A stretch of DNA of 64,000 bases from Antedon mediterranea (lineage: Eukaryota; Animalia; Echinodermata), in assembly GCF_964355755.1 (NCBI RefSeq), contig NC_092680.1, positions 9,796,001 through 9,860,000 on the forward strand. The letters are read 5' to 3'. Both the position numbers and the translations under genes were made by a program. Below are positions 51,501-61,050 of this stretch, piece by piece. Positions within the stretch are counted from its first letter, which is position 1. The number at the start of each line of letters is the position of its first letter. Below the pieces are notes generated by a model that saw only the letters and a list, made by a program, of their open reading frames with translations, made no database searches and was not told the DNA's origin.

Positions 51501-54500
51501 TATGCAACAAGGATCCATTTCGATGAAAGACATCCTGGTAGACATCAGATTGTACATCGAGCATCAACTATTACACTAAAGCAATCACTTTTGGGAATCG
51601 CAAGTGAAAGAAATGATAATCTGGGAATGGCTGTGAAAGGACGCTTAGAAGGCATGGCAGATCTTATAGCAGAAGAGGCTGTTTATCATAATAAATGCTA
51701 CTGCACCCTTAACAACGTTGCAGGTCGCTGTAATGTAAGTTGTATTTATACAGTAGACATACACTATGTTCTTGAAGTTTAATTGTTAAATGTCACAGTA
51801 TATGAAATTTATTCAAATCTTCATTTTTACAAAGATGCATTTAACCATTTTGTCAAGGCTTATTATTTATAAATTAGGTCTTTCTTTCCCTTTTCTATTA
51901 AATTCACCTTTTATTTAAAATATTCAATAAATATGCAGATTGTTGTTTCCTTAAAATTATGTCAAATAAACAAAAATCTTGAACATTTTGTTTGTTTTTC
52001 AGAAACCAGGCAGACCTGTAGATGCTTGCAAGGAAAATGCCTTCTATCAGCTGTGTGGATGGCTTGACAGTGAAATGGAGAGTGGAGTGTATACAGTAAG
52101 TCAATTATATGACCAGATGAAGATAATAGCAGGCGATGACACTTCAGTGTACCATGAGAGATACTTATAAGAAGCACTTAAAAGATACTATGGTGATAGT
52201 ATAACTAACCAAGAGCGCAGGAAGGATGTTGTCTGCTTTAGAAGCTGTACAGCACGTATCATCCAAGACTACCATGAAATGCAAACTGATGATGAAGAGG
52301 CAAAGAAAAGAGCCATCATCAAAACTGCAGCTTCACTCATTATCAACGACATCAAGTGTCTCAATTTCAGCAAAGAGGACTTTCCATCACTAAAAGAAAT
52401 GACATCAAAACAAGAATCTCTTGAACTGATGTTGACATCCTTAATGCCTCGTTCATCTGTTAGGCGAAATGTTGCGGGGCAGAATATTATATCTTCACAA
52501 CACCCAAGATCATCTAAGATGCCTTTTCAGCTTGGCATGAGTTTGTACCTTGATCACAAGTTTGGTTCAGATAAGCTGATTGATGTCATGCACAGGCTTG
52601 GCGTTTGTGAAAGTCAAAAAGAGACAGTAGACTACAAGTATACGTATATTGACTCTACTAATACCACAAATGCAGCATCAATGGCCGTCCTTGAGAAGCA
52701 GGTCGAACAACACATTGGAGACAACATAGATCACAATCTGATCTCATTAGATGGTCAGCTCGGTTTTCACGCAATGGGTCAGATCAAAGTAACAACTCCT
52801 GAAAACTCCAATCAACTTGAAGTCGGAAGTTACAAAGAAAGCCAATCGTGAAGAGTGAAACTCTGTCAAATATTGAAGGCCTGCATTATTATGTTCCACA
52901 ACGAACAAACGCCCTAATGGAGACGAAACTCATAAAGTATGAATACCTTCATCACAAAGTACCAAAGAGATCCATCCCAACAGATAATTTAGTCAATAGA
53001 AGACATATTCAAATTTGAGTTGACCCCTTTCCCAACATCTCTTTTCACAATGGACCGCATGATGAGGAAACCAAAAAAACATGAATTTGGCCAGATGCTA
53101 AAGAAGAAAGCTACAAAGCTCTATGTAGACATGAACAGCAAGGTGCACGTGGTTGATGGAGGATGGCTTCTTCATCAGGTAAAATGGGCCAGCGGAGCAA
53201 CTGTCAAGGCTATAGTTGATTCTTATGTCAGGTATGTTGACAACAAATTCAAGAGTGCTACCGTCGTGGTTGATGGCTATGGGGAAGAATCATCAATGAA
53301 AGACCATTGAGCATATACGCCGGATGGCTGGAAAGAAGGTTTCTTTGGACTTGAGTGTCACACTGGACCCGACTGTGTCATGTGATAGAGAGGTATTCCT
53401 GGCAAATGAGAAGAATAAAGGAGCCTTAATCACGATGATATCTACAGAGATTGTCAAATTTAGTTTGACCCACTTATTCTGTGCGTTTTGACACCATGTA
53501 CGCCTCAAGTTAATGTTTTGGGGATTTTTGTTAATTACAAAAAAAACAATCACTAATAATCGCATGTTCATGATAGAATAAATACTTTTTTTTCTGCATA
53601 CTTTAACATCAATATACAATATACAGAGGGGGGTTTTCTTGACACCAAGTATTATGCGAGCGCAGCGAGCAACTGTAGGCTGGGGGCCAGGGGGCCGGCA
53701 AGGGCCCCCGGTCGGGGTCCAGGGGCGAAGGCCCCTGGAAGCTTTGGCTCTCAGAGCAATTTCGGTTGTTTTAATAAGCTTACAGAGACATTTTTTACCT
53801 ACTAAAATCGGAGTTATGCAGAGATCAAATTATATAGTACAGTATTATGGAAGTTAGTAGTAGGCCTACTGATCATGAAATACAGCTTTATTGTTGCAAA
53901 AAAGTATATTATATTAGGCCCTTAAATAATGTCTTATCCTATAAACATAAAAAACAAATAGTACCGTATATTTCGGTGTACAAGTCGCACCTGTGTATAA
54001 GACGCACCCATAACGGAGACTGAAATATTAGTATTTTTTATGTAGTCGATGCATAAGACGCACTTATTTCTAGACCGAAATTTAAACATTTTACAATCAA
54101 AACAATGGTATTTTAATAATAAAACAACGATATTTGAGACATATTTATTAGAATCAAATGATATAATTTTGTTTGATTGCCTTTATTACATCGTAATCAG
54201 TCTCTACTTCAACTGAACGTTCAATGAAAAGGGAAATCCCCATACTGTTTCAGTTACGATGCACTGTGTGGGTAGGGCTAGCCTATGTCTATTTAAGTAA
54301 CTTTAATTTCATATTATTTAAATATATACCTTCTTATTGTGTGTATGACCATTATAAAATCAATCCAAATGATGTTCAGTTTTTTGGGCTGATAATGAAC
54401 CAGGAATATCATGTTGGGTAGGCCTACAGGGGCGCAGCCAGCAAAGAATTAAAGGGGGGGGTCAACCAATATGTGAGTATTTTGCGAGGGAAGCAAGCAA

Positions 54501-57500
54501 CCATGGGCTGGGGGCCAGGGGGCCGCCAAGGGCCCCCGGTTGGGGTCCAGGGGGCGAAGCCCCCTGGAAGCTTTGGCGGTCTAGGGCAATCTAGATCATT
54601 TGAATCGGTTTATGCACACACAAATATGACAATGTTAACACTAATAAACTGAAACAAAGAAAACAAAAAACAACTCTCATTTTCATTACAGAACATTTTT
54701 ATATTCCAGGCTGCCACAGACAAACACTTTTTTTCTTGCTTGTTTGTTGATTTGTGTAGAGAGGCTGTAAACTCAGAGGAGGAATTATTTGAATTCCTCC
54801 CTTTTCACCAATACAAAAGTTGCATGAAATGAACGTAGAGATGCAAAAGTTTGAAAAAAGAAATTAGAATGATAGCATGGAGGGAGTGATGTTATTAAAT
54901 GAGAACCGTAAGGTTGGAGTTCATACACTGTGCAAGTCCAAGAAGCTATCTTGGCTCCGTGTGTATGTGAGACGCTTATCATACCCAGTACATACAATAT
55001 TTTGTTTAAAAATATACCTATTTTGTTCGAATGTATAGTATAGGTGATAGCTTATACATAATTGTAATAACTAACTTCTAAATTATTATCATACATTTTA
55101 CGTTAGTTACTATAACGGCGCTCTTGACATCGCGTGATGCATCTTTAAACATAAGTTTGGAACATTCTTCTTGGCTTGGAGACAGAATTCGCGAATGACA
55201 TTCTCTGTATTAATGTTCATGTTAAAGTGTATTTTCATGAGGCACAGTCCCGAAAGCTGCTCATAAGACATGTGATTTCCCAAACAGGTTTTCGTTCTCC
55301 ATAAAGTCGAAAAACTCCACTCAGCTTCAGCAGACGTTACGGGCATAGGCCTACGCGATTAGAAGAAGTGCACGCACATTCGGGAACACATTTGGATCCG
55401 CTAATTTTACACAGTCGCTTCCATCACTGAAGCTCGGAATGAAGATGTTCGTGTCTTGGCAGATCATCGTACCAAATTCAAGTTCCTTGAAGACTTCTTC
55501 AACATTACACTTCACTATAGACTCGGGTGCTACGCCAAATATTTTAAAGCATGGCCTGTTATCGGCAGAAAAACGGGTTTTTAACTCGGTTTGTAATCAA
55601 GAAGTTGATTTGGTAATACTGCTCGGTAGTAATCTTCCACAGTATCTCCAGGATGATTTGATCTGTATTGTTGTCTCATGTTTTTATTTATTTTTTCTAA
55701 AAAAAAGGGGGGGTCAGGACCCCCGTGACCCCCCCCCACTGGCTGCGCCCCTGGCCTATATGAAAATCTTTCTTATTCCATGCATGCATTACAGCAATAT
55801 GAGGAGAGGAGAGCACTAACCATGTGCTCCTTGCCTGGTAGCCAGCACTGTTGGCCATATACACTATGAGATTAGGGGAAGCTACTTAACACAATAACAA
55901 CACACTCTTTTAGATATCGCTTGACATACGAACTATTTCCTACATGATTATAAAATTATGTGATTGTTGACATAGAGATGTAATAAAAATAAACCACCGT
56001 GATCAAGGGAAATAGTTATTGTGTAATTAAAATGTGACACCACCGTAAAATTAATGGACTCTTCCATAAATGTGTTGCGCTGTGATGCTGCTAGAAAGAA
56101 TACACACCCGCGAGTTTAGAGAGTACTACTAGGCCTGGGTAGTAGAATATCTAATGCGTACTGTAATATTAATTAATACAGTCGAGGATGACAATTTACC
56201 TTAACTAAAAATTCAATAAACTTGTTACCACACTGTGGTTAGACAGGAGTGAGTAACTAGCTAGGCCTACATTGCAGAGTAGTACACTATTTTTAATTAG
56301 TTTAAGTATTAGTAGGTAATTAAATTAATTAGGGTAACATTTAGAGGTCAAATTTGCGTGTCAAAAGTGCGTCTTATACACCGAAATATACGGTAGGCCT
56401 ACGTACACGTACCAATTTAACTCAGCACCATTTTTATTCAAGTTTACACAGTGAAATTCTTTGGTTTAATGAAAAATATTTCCAGGAAAAAAATAAAAAT
56501 CCCCAAAAAGATTGAACTGAACTGAACGTGATCTTGTGCGTTCCGAAAAGCCCGGCCGAAGCACGCGATTGGTCAGTCCATTTTTCCCGTCATATTTATA
56601 ACCATCATCTCTCAACAATCTCTCGATCTCACGCTCAGCAGTGACTTTGACATCGGACAATCTGTATATTCGATCGATTTAAACATAGTCAATAGAAATA
56701 AAATGACCAAAAAATCTGCTATAATTGATAATTAATTGCACGATTTTGGAAGTGGGGCCTTTGTTTTTCAAGGGGGGTTCGCTGGTAAAAGGGGGGTTTG
56801 CCCGAACCCCAAAAAACCCCCCTGGCTACAGGCCTGGTCAATGAACTTTGACCTCCGATAAAAAATTTTCCCCAGCCCCTATCTTCCCTTCTTTATTTTT
56901 GGTAGTTGTCCATACCCATACCTACCAAAATCAGTTGAAATTTGCTTCTTTTAAATTTTTTCACAGATAAACCTTTAGTTAGGGATACTAATAAGCGAGC
57001 AGCGATTTTTGTAAGAAATATTTCTTGTTTATAATTATAATTTAAACTAGATTTAATTCGTCACTATGACGAATTATAGGTTATATGCATTGATTTAAAT
57101 AAAGATAATTGATTTTTAAAAGATATATTGATTGATTGATTTTCTCAGAATCTTTAATTACAGTATTTATAATATATGATAGGACCTTGCTAACGCGAAC
57201 ACCATAGCCGGTATCACAATCCGATCAAAGATCCATATGCGTATAATGTCATAAACCACATTTGTTGTTACATAATAATAAAGACATAAGTTACTTTTTA
57301 TCTAGATTTCATTATAAATCATGTGTATAATCTATACACAAAGAAATAAATTTGAACAAACAATACGGATAATAAAAAAAAAAATCTTATTTCGTTTCCC
57401 AAGGTGAGACTCGATCTCGGTACCTTGAATGCCATAGACACGAGCACAGACCATCGAGCCATACACAACTGACTAAAAGTTGTAGAAAAATTCCTCTGTG

Positions 57501-60111
57501 TACCGTATTTACTATGCAGTAACCACTTTGGTGCAAATAGATTATTACATACCGCAATGAATTATAATTTTTTACTATTATGACATCTTTAAAAATGTAA
57601 AAAAAATGATGCACTGTCAAACTATATACTTTTAACTTTAATATATGAACTTCTTAAGAAAGAAAGTTAATGTTAAGTTTGTTATTTCGGCCTAAGAAAA
57701 TGTCATAATTTGTTTGATTGTCGAAATTATTTTTTTTAAATTTAATATGCAATTAATGAAGACTTAATCAACTTTTGTTCTCTTAATTTGATAATAAATC
57801 ATACATATGATACATACACTTCAAGAAAATGAAATAAAAAATAGGTGTTCCCCAGCATTCTGACGATATATATTAATTTTAAAAATTAGCATATTTTCAC
57901 CATTTTGTTAACTTATACGTGCGTAGCCTGTCACTTTTGACGTGCTCGTATAACGCAATTTCGAGTTGAAAAGTGAATCAAATATGATGATATTATTAAA
58001 GACTGTAAAACAGAAATCAGGAAAAAAGAGTGCGCATTAACGTTTAACGCGCAGTGCGCGTGCAAAAATCATCGCACTCATGGCAATTTTTTAAACGCCT
58101 AAAATTGCCTGAAACGTACTCTAATTTCATCGAAAATAAATTTTAACAATTTTGAACATTTTAAGCGCGCGTACTACGCAAGCGTTATATGCGCTACGCA
58201 CGTAATTGTATTGCCATATGATGAAATATTACCTGACATTTATGAGTACCAAATTTTGTTTAATTGTGATTCATGCTTGTGAAGATATGATTACAAACGT
58301 GATTTCGTTAAATCGCTCGTAGAAGACCGCGTAATGATTGATTGCGCACCGTGAAAACATAACCACATCGATTCCTGGCCATAAGGAATATACTCTGAAA
58401 AATTGACTTAGCTAGATGAAACTGATGCCAAGATAATTCACGGACAAAATAGTGCTAAGGAAAGAATAAATAAATAAATAAATAAAGATCCTGACAGAAT
58501 CAAGAGGTTATATGCATTAATGCATATAACCTAATTACCTTTTATCTGATGAGCTAAACAGATTTTGTATGTGATGAAATATTGTAGGCCAGGTGTTGGG
58601 ACGACTGGTGAGGCAGGTGATTAAAGGGTGCGGAGGGGACCTGAAAAACATAAATTGCATTTATTGATAATACCTGTACTGTAGTTGAGATATGGCATCA
58701 ATAGATACCACCATTTACCATTTCAACAGGGACATTATTGTTTTGTGAATTTGTGAAATATTAACAACAAAAAAACAAAATTGATTAAAATGCTCAAAAA
58801 TTGATCGAAAAATGCTTGGCAAATTTAATATTTAGGTACATATTAATTGATTGATATTTGCTTGATATTGAAATAACTAGACAAGATAAGCATTTGTTAC
58901 CAATATATACAATATATAATATTTAGAATATGTAAATATCTTTTTTTCTGCTTTGGCTGCTTTGACGATATTTGAAATAAATGAAATGAAATATATCGAT
59001 TTTCCTGACAATTAATAGGCATGGTATAGGTAAAATATGCCCATACCAATAGTGTGGGCATATTGTACCTATTTCCAACCAATTTTAGGACAATACTGTA
59101 CATACATTTTAAATTGTGGACGATATTGTGCAAACTTACATAAAAACATACAAACCACAATTGATAACTGAACTTTTCATTCAATACATAATTCACACTC
59201 ACCTAATCTTATATGGATTATTATATTCGGTTTTCTTGCTTACAACTGTTTTGATTTGAAGTACAAGAAGATTAACCAAAGCTTTCACAATACCAGACAC
59301 ATTGCATGCCGACGGATACACATTTAAGAAACCTCTAAAAACATCATCCATGTTCAAATGTGAACTAAGTACAAGTGAAGTAAGGGCGCTGCAACATGCA
59401 TGACTCAGATAAGATGCTTCTACCTGACACTGGTCCCAAAGTAATTCAAGTTCTGGAAGCTGAAAAGTAATTTACAATAATAATTACAGTAGAACCACTC
59501 CTTTGGAAAACCCCTATTAATAGGACACTTTCCCATGCTTGAAACGAGGGGCAACAATAATGTTTTACCACAATTGGTAACCCATGTTCAGGGAACACAC
59601 GTATAAGGTATAACACTTTATTTGGAGTCTATCTTATATCACTGTATTCAGTATTTATATGAAAACAAAAACCTGTTTATGGCACCTGTGTGTAATAAAG
59701 TATTTGTCTAGTACTTTACAATACACAAAGTAAAAAACAAATGTCAACTAAAAAAAAATAAATAGGAAAGTGCATATAAGATATAGAATATGTACATGGA
59801 TAACTGTCACTTGATGACTAAACCCTGATTTTTAAGGTATTGATTTGCAGGCTGCATAATAAAATATGAAATTGCACAGAAAAATACAGCATTTGTAATT
59901 ATTATATCCCCAATAGCTCTATTTGGTGGTAATTCTTTTAAATATGAAGTTTGAGTTTTAACTTTCCAACCTTTTTTAATTGTGATTCCTGAACACCTTC
60001 AGCCTCAGCTCTTGCTAGTCCGTTTATTATTAGACATTTTATTTTTTTAATAGCCGAATTTTGCACAGCTCTGTTGTTAAAGACAAGACGTTTTTTTAAA
60101 TCTTCACTCAT
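3523..60111 (-). CDS. FOCAD: Focadhesin (KIAA1797), 30 coding exons
   Basis: Exons in gene order: 60111-59971, 59459-59203, 58640-58539, 45373-45169, 39462-39168, 38954-38482, 37636-37430, 36863-36736, 36366-36181, 19251-19176, 18871-18737, 18148-17983, 12337-12146, 11912-11791, 11503-11411, 11190-11054, 10783-10561, 10121-9867, 9455-9249, 9118-8876, 8147-7998, 7854-7755, 6738-6532, 6323-6208, 6010-5753, 5008-4846, 4667-4465, 4295-4056, 3961-3886, 3602-3523. Intron phases are compatible. Peptides match my recollection of vertebrate focadhesin: [30 protein letters not shown]...[73 protein letters not shown]. An alternative in-frame ATG lies at 60120. Confidence 0.92.
8338..8798 (+). mobile_element. 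Possible solo LTR
   Basis: TGTTA...TAACA ends with an internal CCAAT and AATAAA. No target-site duplication found. Confidence 0.3.
10897..11041. mobile_element. Tc1/mariner-type MITE (CAGTA.. family)
   Basis: CAGTAAAGCC...GGTTCTAATGTA ends with internal GGGACAC/GTGTCCC motifs. Related copies occur elsewhere in the window. Confidence 0.5.
11269..11342. mobile_element. Short palindromic MITE (Harbinger-like)
   Basis: AGCTCTGTCTACGCTATCAAACTTTATGT ... ACATAAAGTTTGATAGTGTAGACAGATCT inverted repeat with TTA/TAA flanks. Confidence 0.6.
12748..13668 (+). mobile_element. Non-autonomous Crypton-like repeat, copy A
   Basis: The left end is the reverse complement of 17906-17967. The right end is a long imperfect palindrome (~13497-13662) centred on CTCGGCATCGCCTCG. 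The Crypton assignment is inferred from this end architecture. Confidence 0.45.
14498..15060 (-). mobile_element. 5'-truncated L2/CR1-type LINE fragment
   Basis: Minus-strand peptide [19 protein letters not shown]...[18 protein letters not shown] (RT C-terminal region), followed by a 3' UTR and an ATT-repeat tail. Confidence 0.75.
16404..16450. repeat. (AGTAT)n microsatellite
   Basis: About 9 perfect pentamer copies, with a shorter run at ~16283-16302. Confidence 0.9.
17205..17803. repeat. 75-bp minisatellite, about 8 copies
   Basis: Unit GAGATATTAATATTTGGCAATACCGTACGTAAATTATTAATGCAATACTGTATAAAGATTCGATAGTATGTAAAT starts at 17281, 17356, 17431, 17506 and 17581 and continues beyond. Confidence 0.92.
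20259..20802 (-). mobile_element. Helitron-like non-autonomous repeat, copy 1
   Basis: Homologous to 40058-40178 plus 44031-44688. On the - strand it begins A|TCTATATATAAATT, a Helitron-type 5' end. A similar end occurs at ~19820-19835. Confidence 0.5.
20879..21683 (+). repeat. BEL 5' LTR
   Basis: Direct repeat of 33449-34232, with about 6 substitutions and several indels by eye. Confidence 0.95.
22105..25054. mobile_element. Non-autonomous TIR DNA transposon (EnSpm/CACTA-like architecture) inserted in BEL gag
   Basis: TIR CCCTTTGCAAAAAA(G/A)CCGTATACG at both ends with a TA duplication. Dense subterminal CGTATACG repeats. Removing it restores the gag frame (...VTP-KPEISS...). Confidence 0.85.
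26402..26693 (-). repeat. 292-bp inverted duplication of BEL gag 25735-26026
   Basis: Reverse complement of 25735-26026. The minus-strand ORF 26392-26724 repeats the gag peptide NIKDEK...TTLHQDP exactly. Confidence 0.95.
29510..32559 (-). mobile_element. Full-length Rex1/Babar-like non-LTR retrotransposon (APE + RT single ORF, one frameshift) inserted in BEL integrase
   Basis: ORF 32558-30438 (NVRSL, FTETWL, GDFN, DHCY, SDH, RT) and ORF 30471-29656 (GVPQG, FADD). AATAAA and an (ACTTG)5 tail at the 3' end. Removing it restores the integrase LNAL|RRFTARRGP. Confidence 0.9.
33449..34232 (+). repeat. BEL 3' LTR
   Basis: Direct repeat of 20879-21683, followed by the TSD AAGTG. Confidence 0.95.
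34300..36150. mobile_element. Decayed DNA-transposon-like remnant
   Basis: Tandemly duplicated AAAATGGCGGCCATTTT subterminal-type blocks (35570-35870, 36000). The upstream sequence looks like decayed coding DNA but has no recognisable ORF. Confidence 0.35.
37094..37288. mobile_element. Harbinger-like MITE
   Basis: TIR AAGCGTGGTTCCCACT ... AGTGGGAACCAAGCTT with TWA flanks. Confidence 0.65.
40179..44030 (+). mobile_element. Decayed 5'-truncated CR1/L2-group LINE
   Basis: APE remnant IESIWIEL...VGCVYR, ORF 40617-41555 ([14 protein letters not shown]) and LYADD at ~41650. The C-terminal piece is 43431-43670. The 3' end is AATAAA followed by (TCAAA)n. Confidence 0.85.
42161..43429 (+). mobile_element. 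Second LINE 3' fragment (CR1/L2 group) nested in the first
   Basis: [12 protein letters not shown]...FLGV...[17 protein letters not shown]...GPNLWNHIP, then an AT-rich UTR, AATAAA and a (GAAT)n tail. TGGT is duplicated at both junctions. Confidence 0.85.
46789..51111 (+). mobile_element. Ty3/Gypsy LTR retrotransposon (Mag-like)
   Basis: 214-bp LTRs at 46789-47002 and 50898-51111 with TSD GTATT. PBS TGGCGACGAG at 47004 is complementary to the 3' end of tRNA-Ser(GCU). PPT GAGAAAAGAAGGGA. Gag with two CCHC knuckles, protease LIDSGAS, RT IADD, RNase H TDAS/TDHKPL, integrase HEGH..C..C and SDNGPQF. Confidence 0.96.
47028..50765 (+). pseudogene. Gypsy gag-pol, disrupted
   Basis: In-frame TAG at 47667-47669, a deletion/frameshift at ~48570, a short in-frame deletion at ~49510 and a frameshift at ~49610. 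Confidence 0.88.
53964..56393. mobile_element. pogo/Tc1-mariner-type non-autonomous element
   Basis: TIR CCGTATATTTCGGTGTA(C/T)AAG(T/A)CGCAC at both ends with TA duplication. Confidence 0.85.
54427..55753 (-). mobile_element. Internally deleted hAT (Tip100-like) element
   Basis: 15-bp TIR CAGGGGCGCAGCCAG. Minus-strand hAT dimerisation-domain remnant [14 protein letters not shown]...[15 protein letters not shown] (55110-55346). GCCTA occurs on both flanks. Confidence 0.85.
57045..58535 (-). mobile_element. Helentron-associated / DINE-1-like non-autonomous element
   Basis: 28-bp perfect palindrome AGGTTATATGCATTAATGCATATAACCT (58505-58532) with an adjacent (TAAA)n run. A sub-terminal copy AGGTTATATGCATT (57078-57091) lies next to a 10-bp stem-loop (57054-57076), and the element ends in CTAGTT on the - strand. 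Confidence 0.7.
59486..59646. mobile_element. Tc1/mariner-type MITE (CAGTA.. family) in FOCAD coding intron 1
   Basis: TACAGTAGAACC...CACTGTA ends; related to copies at 2030, 2781 and 10897. Confidence 0.5.
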
Positions 60112-60789
60112 ATCAATCATTTAGGTTGTATTGAGCAACTGAAAACAAAATAATAGTAAACAATTGTTTGTATTCTACTTTGATTCATTTATATCATTTA
60201 TGCCACATATTAGAAAACTAAAAGTAAACTAAAAATACTAATTTTACATCCATGCTTGCCTGTGCATACAGCAAACTTTCAAAGTACAAGGACCTCATTA
60301 ATATAATAATATACAGTAGGCTTAAATAAACATTCATCCCTTATTTTATACGTAACAAATATTGACCAGAATGACGCTCCATACCGAATACCAGACTATC
60401 GGGCCTAACACATGAGAGACAATCGGGCCAACACATGAGACGATCAGGTCCACATTTTCTGGGCCCAATCGTCCGTGGTCCTGATCGTCTGTTCCCCACC
60501 GTCCGCATCATATGTCAAATTTACAGTACAGTGTTTAATATTTTTTTTATTGTTTCAGAAACTGAATTACAACAATCGTTATTCTAAATAATTTAAGGGG
60601 TGGGTACGAAACTGCATTAGCGCCCAAGAGTTGGTAGACTTGCCCCAAGTCTGTATTATCTTTTTTTTTTAATTTATTTGTTTTTATTTCGACCGCGATT
60701 TTTGTCTGAAAATACAGACTTGTGAAACATGTATAGAAATCGATTTGCAGACCGCAAACATCCGATAAGAATGACGTAGGTTATCATAC

Positions 60790-61050
60790 CGTATTTGGCT
60801 ATATGGGGCGGGCGGTATGTAAATATGGATTTCGAATCAACCAATGATCATTTTGTTTCAAAATGAAAAGGATCGAGACGTACGTACAGTGCTGAATGTA
60901 CGATCGAGACTGTTGAAATATAAAATCGTAATGCCAAGTTGTTTTGTTTATTAATTGTTTAGTCCTTGGCCTAGGCCACTTTCGTAGGTCCCACTCAACT
61001 CGCACGCATGACCTGCAAAATAAAACGCCAATAAAGTAGCCCTACATACC
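60790..61050 (-). promoter_or_regulatory. Candidate FOCAD non-coding first exon / promoter region
   Basis: The first coding exon has a splice acceptor at 60139-60140. A plausible donor CG|GTATGA lies at 60790, with a GGGGCGGG box and CCAAT motifs nearby. Confidence 0.3.

Larger units (their letters stand above)
46692..53455 (+). pseudogene. Intron-containing transposon protein pseudogene with a PIN/5'-nuclease-like C-terminal region
   Basis: MEVCEIC... start interrupted by the Gypsy element. Introns at 51295-51458 and 51735-52002. Motifs CFIC...[21 protein letters not shown]...[45 protein letters not shown]. Several stops and frameshifts. Confidence 0.7.
53625..56836. mobile_element. hAT-like non-autonomous element (outer member of the nest; left TIR degraded)
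   Basis: Right end CCCCCCTGGCTACAGGCCTG. The GC-rich subterminal block 53680-53748 is shared with the inner hAT at 54508-54577. Confidence 0.5.
45633..56990 (+). mobile_element. Large decayed DNA transposon (animal EnSpm/CMC-like) hosting the Gypsy element and the MITE nest; ends uncertain
   Basis: Contains a spliced pseudogene at 46692-53455 and AGGTCAAAGGTCA/TGACC subterminal motifs. Tentative TAGTA...TACTA ends; no clear TSD. Confidence 0.45.
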
